From a virus, in IMG/VR virus record IMGVR_UViG_3300042695_002264, positions 32,001-96,000 of that record: a DNA stretch of 64,000 bases; one strand, given 5' to 3'. Positions 58,172 to 64,000 of this stretch are shown here, one piece after another. Made by a program: the position numbers and the translations under genes. The notes beneath the pieces are model-generated. The model did no database searches, was not told the origin of the DNA, and was given only the letters and a program-made list of their open reading frames with translations. Position 1 is the first letter of the stretch. Every line of letters starts with the position of its first letter.

Positions 58172-59298
58172 ATTGTTAGATCTTTGAATCTGTCAAAAAG
58201 ATATTTTTGAATTGGTTCACTATCTTCAATGAATTGACGAAGGCCATTAACTCCCTGAATTTTTTCTGGCACTTCAATATTTAAAGATGCAGCCATTTCA
58301 GTTCTGAAATTTGGTTCTAGTTCAAACCATGCCCCTTTGCCATTTGGTTTGTAGGCAATTTCCCAAAGCTGAAGTAGATCTGCTAGCTCATAGCTTGTCC
58401 AAACGCTTTTGCCGCCTTTTTGGCCATAACGAATTGGGTATTTAACTTCAACCATATTCTTTTCGTTATTGCTCTTTACAATCTTGGCTTTGGCAAAATG
58501 GCCAACTACTTTACTGCCCTTTTCTCCTTCATGGATCAAGTCTCCACCAAATCGTGGAAGAAATTCAATAACAACGTCTGCTTGGTGTTCAAGCGCTCTT
58601 GGACCACTTGCCTTGCCCTGCTTTGGAATTGCAATTTCGTATGGATTAATTTTAATCTGATCACGAATTTGTGAAATATAAATATCTACGTGACCACGCT
58701 TTGCCATTGCCAAGCCAACCTTTTTAAGAAAGACAGATGTAATCAAGCTTCCGCCGCCAACAGTAATAGATTCATCTTCAGCTTTTTTAGCATCATCTCT
58801 TTTGATCAGAGAATCAACCGAGTCAGTAATAAAAAAGTATTCTGTGTTTGTTGGATTATTTGTAATAAGGTCTCGTTTTAATTTAAAAACAGCCTCGTAA
58901 ATATTACTTTCAAATACGAAACATGAGCCGTCTATCCACTCTGCTGTATTATAAACAAATTTAATACCTGATCTATCTCTTATTTCTTCAGAAAGGCGCC
59001 CCTCACTTTTGATAAAGATTCCTCTGCGTTTTCTTGAACGGTCATTCAAGAAATGGTGCATAAAATCAAGGGATGCGCTGGTTTTGCCACCAGAAGCAAG
59101 ACCAACGAACCTGTGAGCGCCAGGCCCTAGGCCGCCACTCAGCATAGAGGTAAGAAGAAGGCTGGAGCATCCAACTTTGTAGTCGTGTGCCTCTTCATAG
59201 TTATAGTGATCTTCTTTTGTTGATTTTAAGATAGATTCCAGCTGATCTTCTGGAGCCATTACTTTTTCTGTTTCTGTTGAAATTTTACCTTTAGCCAT
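58168..59298 (-). CDS. recA: RecA/UvsX-like recombinase
   Basis: GLASGGKTS, SEG, ITDSV, ISQIR, ASGPRALEH. Confidence 0.88.
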   Translation of the reverse strand: MAKGKISTETEKVMAPEDQLESILKSTKEDHYNYEEAHDYKVGCSSLLLTSMLSGGLGPGAHRFVGLASGGKTSASLDFMHHFLNDRSRKRRGIFIKSEGRLSEEIRDRSGIKFVYNTAEWIDGSCFVFESNIYEAVFKLKRDLITNNPTNTEYFFITDSVDSLIKRDDAKKAEDESITVGGGSLITSVFLKKVGLAMAKRGHVDIYISQIRDQIKINPYEIAIPKQGKASGPRALEHQADVVIEFLPRFGGDLIHEGEKGSKVVGHFAKAKIVKSNNEKNMVEVKYPIRYGQKGGKSVWTSYELADLLQLWEIAYKPNGKGAWFELEPNFRTEMAASLNIEVPEKIQGVNGLRQFIEDSEPIQKYLFDRFKDLTM

Positions 59299-59300
59299 AG

Positions 59301-59663
59301 TTATTTTTTCCAAATTTTTAAGAAATCATTAAGTGATTTTAACTTTTCTTTTTTTGGTTCTTCAGTTAGTATAGCAGGTTTTATTTCTTTTTCAATATCT
59401 TCTTCTATTTCAAAATGCTTTATTTTTTCTGGATTGAATTTGTATTTAGCCCACTCCTCTTTAAGGAATTTATCACCATTTGGAGTAATAAACCAAGCAA
59501 GGCTGGGAATTTTAAACTTTAATTCAAGGCCCATCCAGAAAGCTTCATCCTCATGTTTAGAGGAAAGCTGATTCATTATTTTCATTTCTCTTGGCCAATT
59601 GGTATGTTTGCCAAGATGTTTGGATATAAATGATTTTTTAAATGAACTGCTATTTTTTTGCAC
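59301..59663 (-). CDS. hypothetical protein
   Basis: ORF heading the replication operon. Confidence 0.65.
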   Translation of the reverse strand: MQKNSSSFKKSFISKHLGKHTNWPREMKIMNQLSSKHEDEAFWMGLELKFKIPSLAWFITPNGDKFLKEEWAKYKFNPEKIKHFEIEEDIEKEIKPAILTEEPKKEKLKSLNDFLKIWKK

Positions 59664-59714
59664 TTATCATTTTTACAATAAGTTTTAAAATAAGTCAATT
59701 AATTTTAAATTTGA

Positions 59715-60290
59715 TTAAAGCACACAATCTTTCGTAGTCTCGTGTATAAAATCCCATTTTTTAGTATAAGTTTTGCCAGGCACACTTATAGATTGGGTAA
59801 TGGTATCGATACCAAAACTTCCGCCGCAAGCGCCTCCACCGGAGGCTCCGCCACCAGCGGTTTGGGTGAAATAGGAGTTTTTAAATGTCACATTAAATGT
59901 TTTTGACTCATCAGTTCCAGAATCCCACTGTGGCTGAGCTGGCTCAATTCGACTATCATAATTTGTTCTTTCGTTTCCACATACACATGGTGGAAGTGGC
60001 CCATCCGGAGAACATGTTTCTGTGCCACCAACAGGATCTTCAACCGTTTCTCCAATTTCGGGATCAAATTCAATATCAAAAGGCTCATCCGTGTATCTTT
60101 TAAAGCAGCCAGACGAGTCAGGTTGGCCATCTGCTGGTCTCGACACGCTTGGCGTCCCATTTGGGACCCATTTCTTTTGAATGTATGGTGTTGTGCATAT
60201 TTTTGCTCCACCGCCGCCACCGCCAGAACATGGGCAGGCGGATAAAAATTTTGAAACACCAAATTTTTTATCGTTTAATAATAAATTCAT
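59715..60290 (-). CDS. Cys/Gly-rich hypothetical protein
   Basis: ORF tiling, CPCSGGGGGG. Confidence 0.65.
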   Translation of the reverse strand: MNLLLNDKKFGVSKFLSACPCSGGGGGGAKICTTPYIQKKWVPNGTPSVSRPADGQPDSSGCFKRYTDEPFDIEFDPEIGETVEDPVGGTETCSPDGPLPPCVCGNERTNYDSRIEPAQPQWDSGTDESKTFNVTFKNSYFTQTAGGGASGGGACGGSFGIDTITQSISVPGKTYTKKWDFIHETTKDCVL

Positions 60291-60294
60291 AATT

Positions 60295-60837
60295 TTATTG
60301 CACGTTAAGCCTTAAAAGGCAATATCCATTAGCCGTATTTTCGCTAACTTGGCTCAAAAATGTGCCTATGCGATTTACACCATTGGTGGCAACCCTGCCG
60401 TTTGTTCCAGCATATGCAGCTGCGCCAATCGTTGGGTATCCACCAATGCTTGCATCAATATCATTAATAAGAACAATCCCCTTTGTCAAAATTGGAACTG
60501 CTTGCTGTGGTAGAACAGCATCTCTTTCAGCAAGAAGCTGTGGTTCCCAGATTAATGGCGTTCCGTTTTCATCAGTTTCAATAACATTTTTCAAAAGAAC
60601 ACCAATGGCTAAATCAGTAGCCGATGTTGTTTTTGTTACTTTGCCAACTGGTACAAATGATGATGACATTGTGTTTCCAATGCTGGAAAGGTTTGAAAGA
60701 GAAAGACCCTCACCATACGCATCTTTCCAATTTGTATCGATTTTTACCAATGTTCCGGCTGTTGCTGTACCATCATAAGCAAAAAGATTGATAACATCGT
60801 GTTGGCTGAAATCTCTAAATGGTTTTAAGTTTGGCAT
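60295..60837 (-). CDS. putative capsid decoration/head-fibre-like protein
   Basis: LKPFRD...HDVINLFA, ETDENG, AVPILTKG; small beta-rich protein. Confidence 0.55.
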   Translation of the reverse strand: MPNLKPFRDFSQHDVINLFAYDGTATAGTLVKIDTNWKDAYGEGLSLSNLSSIGNTMSSSFVPVGKVTKTTSATDLAIGVLLKNVIETDENGTPLIWEPQLLAERDAVLPQQAVPILTKGIVLINDIDASIGGYPTIGAAAYAGTNGRVATNGVNRIGTFLSQVSENTANGYCLLRLNVQ

Positions 60838-60868
60838 ATTTTTATTATTTAATAGTTATAGTTTAATT

Positions 60869-63235
60869 TTATGCTTGTCCGGTCGCATATGGGCGCAATC
60901 TTTTTCTGATTTGTTGACCGGGCTCGGCACTTTCTGGAATATTCACATAAGAAAATTCACCAGACTTTAGCCAAGTAAGTTTTTGCTTGAATTTTTGCAA
61001 ACGTCTCCATTTTTTATTTTTATATGTAAGTCCGCCAGAGGCCGCATCATTGTTGTAATTATATTCACTTGGAAATATTTTATTTACAAGCTGTAATATT
61101 TTTGAATTAATTTGCTTAATTGCTGCTGTTTTGGCAATATTTCTTGCATCATTCTCGGTTGGGCCTGACTTATAGGCTGTATAAACTAGATTGTTATAAT
61201 CATCAATTGCATGGCGATAAGGATTTCTTTTTTGATGCCATGGTACCTCTCCGGAGACGATATATTGTGCTGATGGATTTGGAAATATTGTGTGTGCTCC
61301 AGCTGGGCTAATTCCTGTTTGTAGAACTTTATCAATACTGTCTAGGGTTCCATAGCCAGAATAAATAACTGAAATATTTCTATCATTTACAATTCCAATT
61401 TCAGTGTCAAGCGTGCAAGAAACCAACTCTACGGAAAATCTAACTCCTGAGGGGATTATTCCATTCCATGTTCCTGTAGCGATAACTTTATTATTATTTT
61501 TATATAATTGATTGTAAAATTTATAAAAATATGTATCTTTTAATGGATCTGCTTGTTTGAAGTGTCCATTAGGATTTATTGCATATTTTGTTCCAGTTGC
61601 TGTTCTGGTTGGGATTTGTATTCCAGAATTCAGTATTGTTTGGTAAGTTATTGATCTGCCACTGATAATGTATCCGCTCCATGCATTGCCTGTTGGCGCT
61701 GGGAGTTGTGTTTCTGGAGACATTCCTGTTGTTGCTGCTCTCCAAGCGCTATAAATAGGAACTTGATATGTATAATTTGTTTTGTATATGCCTTCTGGTA
61801 GCACCCTGCCGTCATCAATATACCGTGAATCAGGAATTAATGATGGCATTTGGAGCAGCTTTGAAAGCATTTTTCTTTCTTTTCTGCAGGTTTTAAAAGC
61901 GGATACTACCGGAGATTTAACTGATGCGCGATTCAGGTTAATTCCTGATGCTGCTCTTGGGTGACCGCTAGCAGGTATCCAAACCCCATCAAGCTTTCTT
62001 GGATCTGTTTTTTTCCAATCAGTTAGACTGTTTGGTTGATATATATATACAACGCCTCTTTGCCCCGTGTTTGTTGAGAGATTTACGTTTCCGCTTAGGC
62101 AAATAGCCCATGCGCCACTACCATATGGTGTAGATATTGTACTATCAAAATATACTTGCCTTGCTGGTTTTTCAATGTTATAAAATCTTAACCTGCTAGT
62201 ATCCTCTGATGGAATTGGTGACTCTTTATAATTTCCATTTAGCGTATCAAGATATCCATATTTTCCGCAACCAATAAATCCTGTTGTTCCAGAACCATAC
62301 CATGAAGACTGATCGATGGTGGCCAATGAGTCTGCACCAGGAACAACAGTTTTAGTTAGTAACTGTGTTTCTGTGTATAGATCTTCAATAGTGTTTAAAA
62401 AACCAGTTTCTATAGTGTGAGGGCTCACATAGCAAATTGTTTTTTGTTCAGCATCACCAGTTGATATTAGTAATAGCCCGTTTATTGATTGTTCCGTTGG
62501 CGATTGGCCATTGTCTTGGTTAAATTTAGGAGCCAATTTGACTGGTACATTAAAAACTGGACTATCATAAACAGATACTGCGTTTGGATATGGGATATTG
62601 AACCCACTAAGATTCATATTATCATATGGTGATTGTTGCTGTCCAGATTGAAATTGAGTGGATTGCTTATGCCAGCGATAGTATGCCTTTCTTGATTCCT
62701 CTTTTGATAATTTTCCTACAAATTTTGGGGAAAGTTCTTGTTTGCCAGAGCGTGTTTGGATTTCAATATCTAATGTGTTTGATGCTTTTTCTGGAAAGCG
62801 AAATCTTGCATATGAGAATGAATTTTTATTAAATACGCGTTTTACAACTTTTTCTTCTGACCATGGCTTGAAAAAATTATTGTCTTTATAGCTATAATAT
62901 TCTGAAGGAAAATGTATTTCCGATAATTGTCCTACTAGTGGGGTGTTAATGCGATATCTTACAAGAAAGTGCTCTGAAGCAATGGTCTGCCTCCATGTTT
63001 TTAAAACTTTTACTTGTGCGCTATTTCCAAGCGTGCCTTCTACTGGTTTTCTAATTACTAGATATGGATTGGTCTTTCTTAATGGGCCAACATTTTCTAA
63101 ATCCAAGAAAGCAGATTTTAGATTAAAAACTGCTGTTTTTTGCTGGTCTGTGAAGCCAATGTCTTCACCAGCCTTTGTATAGGCGCCAAAGCCTAGCTTT
63201 TGCAGGTCTTCTTTGGAAATAGAAAAATTATCCAT
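60869..63235 (-). CDS. large hypothetical, probably virion-associated protein
   Basis: 788-aa ORF with no recognised motif. Confidence 0.7.
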   Translation of the reverse strand: MDNFSISKEDLQKLGFGAYTKAGEDIGFTDQQKTAVFNLKSAFLDLENVGPLRKTNPYLVIRKPVEGTLGNSAQVKVLKTWRQTIASEHFLVRYRINTPLVGQLSEIHFPSEYYSYKDNNFFKPWSEEKVVKRVFNKNSFSYARFRFPEKASNTLDIEIQTRSGKQELSPKFVGKLSKEESRKAYYRWHKQSTQFQSGQQQSPYDNMNLSGFNIPYPNAVSVYDSPVFNVPVKLAPKFNQDNGQSPTEQSINGLLLISTGDAEQKTICYVSPHTIETGFLNTIEDLYTETQLLTKTVVPGADSLATIDQSSWYGSGTTGFIGCGKYGYLDTLNGNYKESPIPSEDTSRLRFYNIEKPARQVYFDSTISTPYGSGAWAICLSGNVNLSTNTGQRGVVYIYQPNSLTDWKKTDPRKLDGVWIPASGHPRAASGINLNRASVKSPVVSAFKTCRKERKMLSKLLQMPSLIPDSRYIDDGRVLPEGIYKTNYTYQVPIYSAWRAATTGMSPETQLPAPTGNAWSGYIISGRSITYQTILNSGIQIPTRTATGTKYAINPNGHFKQADPLKDTYFYKFYNQLYKNNNKVIATGTWNGIIPSGVRFSVELVSCTLDTEIGIVNDRNISVIYSGYGTLDSIDKVLQTGISPAGAHTIFPNPSAQYIVSGEVPWHQKRNPYRHAIDDYNNLVYTAYKSGPTENDARNIAKTAAIKQINSKILQLVNKIFPSEYNYNNDAASGGLTYKNKKWRRLQKFKQKLTWLKSGEFSYVNIPESAEPGQQIRKRLRPYATGQA

Positions 63236-63262
63236 AAATTTTTAAAATTTTTTTTGATCTTT

Positions 63263-63649
63263 TAACGTCCGTTCTTAAACACTCCTATCTAGTCAAGTCA
63301 TTTTATCCGTCCTGGCTTCTCAATCTGTTACCCTGGGGACAAGGCTGAGTTTACTTCTAGACGAATCCTCTCGGTGGACCTAACATTCTCAGAATGTGAT
63401 CGATCAATTTGTTATCGTACAGTTGTTTATACCATACATCTATATATTTCTATATAGTTCAGACTATATCTTGGTACCAAAAGTTAATTTGGCACACAGG
63501 GCGCTCTTGGGCAGTTTTATTGTTGGGACTCAACCGCCTAGTCGTTACACCTTCTGTCCTATCTTTCCCAGACAGCTTGGCTCGGTATTGTCTTTTTGGC
63601 AAGTTATTCACCAACGAAGATATCCACCGAATTCACCCCGTAAACGCTA
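63263..63649 (-). ncRNA. group I intron ribozyme (IA-like core), intergenic, apparently circularly permuted
   Basis: P GAATTCGGTG, Q AATACCGAGCC, R GTAACGACTA (63539..63548), S AAGATATAGTC (63462..63472), P3 ACGGGGTG/CGCCCTGT, P8, P9 GAAA hairpin, terminal G at 63405. Confidence 0.85.
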
Positions 63650-63698
63650 TTTAAATTTTTTAAAGAACTTGAGTAGATTTTACTACTAGCAAATACAA

Positions 63699-63704
63699 TT
63701 ACAC
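63699..63704 (-). promoter_or_regulatory. GTGTAA putative phage late-promoter motif upstream of the ribozyme
   Basis: Same hexamer precedes at least nine other transcription units. Confidence 0.6.
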
Positions 63705-63719
63705 TAAAAAATGTAGCTT

Positions 63720-63932
63720 TTACCTTTTGTTATCATTTTTTTCAAAATCCCAGCAGTAATGACAAATTTCTGGAGTTACTTTAAATATATCCCTTTTTAA
63801 ACATTTATAGCCAGAGTCTGTATAATCTCCGCCTTGACAGCTGCATCTACGGACAGTAACAGTTTCTTCTTTTTCAGATTTGTGCTTGCAGTTTTCGAAT
63901 TTATATTCGCCCGTCATATTTTCTTCGCTCAT
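63720..63932 (-). CDS. small Cys-rich protein
   Basis: CKH...CSC...C...CHYC. Confidence 0.65.
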   Translation of the reverse strand: MSEENMTGEYKFENCKHKSEKEETVTVRRCSCQGGDYTDSGYKCLKRDIFKVTPEICHYCWDFEKNDNKR

Positions 63933-64000
63933 AGGTTTTCAATTATTGAATAATTTGCGTCTTGAAATCCACCATTTAAAAATAGTTTAGATGTATCTGA

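Noticed and set aside
372-63311. Most other short plus-strand and nested ORFs in the track
   Set aside because: Shadows of longer minus-strand genes with recognisable motifs
63396-63689. Plus-strand ORFs of 97 and 81 aa
   Set aside because: Antisense to the ribozyme core; no protein features
63235-63932. Conventional group I intron splitting a protein gene (63720 ORF joined to 60869..63235)
   Set aside because: The upstream ORF has its own stop, a promoter-like motif intervenes, and an in-frame TAA sits three codons before the downstream ATG
1-64000. Stop-codon reassignment
   Set aside because: Long conserved genes are intact in the standard code, and no suppressor tRNA was found
1-64000. 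CRISPR array, DGR/retron RT, integrase or IS element
   Set aside because: No spaced repeats, RT or recombinase motifs seen; the Cas4-like nuclease lies in the replication operon

Overview
64 kb of a large, AT-rich, lytic dsDNA bacteriophage genome (jumbo-phage-like), standard genetic code, almost all genes on the minus strand. No integrase, CRISPR or RT was seen. In transcription order (right to left): a noncoding block with a group I ribozyme core that interrupts no gene and appears circularly permuted (63.25-63.67 kb); putative virion genes; a replication/recombination module (RecA, DUF559-like nuclease, deoxyribosyltransferase, dNMP kinase, DnaB, DnaG, PD-(D/E)XK nuclease, and a Pol III split into PHP, exonuclease and DnaE core genes with a ClpP gene between); a tRNA cluster with a tmRNA carrying a 34-aa tag; about 20 kb of tail-fibre/LamG/PKD genes with embedded sulfotransferase- and glycosyltransferase-like genes; a lysis cassette; and an accessory region with more tRNAs (15 in total), HNH nucleases, SemiSWEET, ThyX, GuaC, metallophosphoesterases, a MoxR-like AAA/VWA pair, RuvB, YopX proteins and several unexplained structured noncoding segments. 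Two promoter classes are visible by eye (sigma70-like TTGACA-17-TANNNT and a GTGTAA motif), both often placed so that transcripts would be leaderless. A DUF4032-like protein and a small Cys-rich lipoprotein hint at a Verrucomicrobia host (inference). All family calls come from motif recognition, not database searches.
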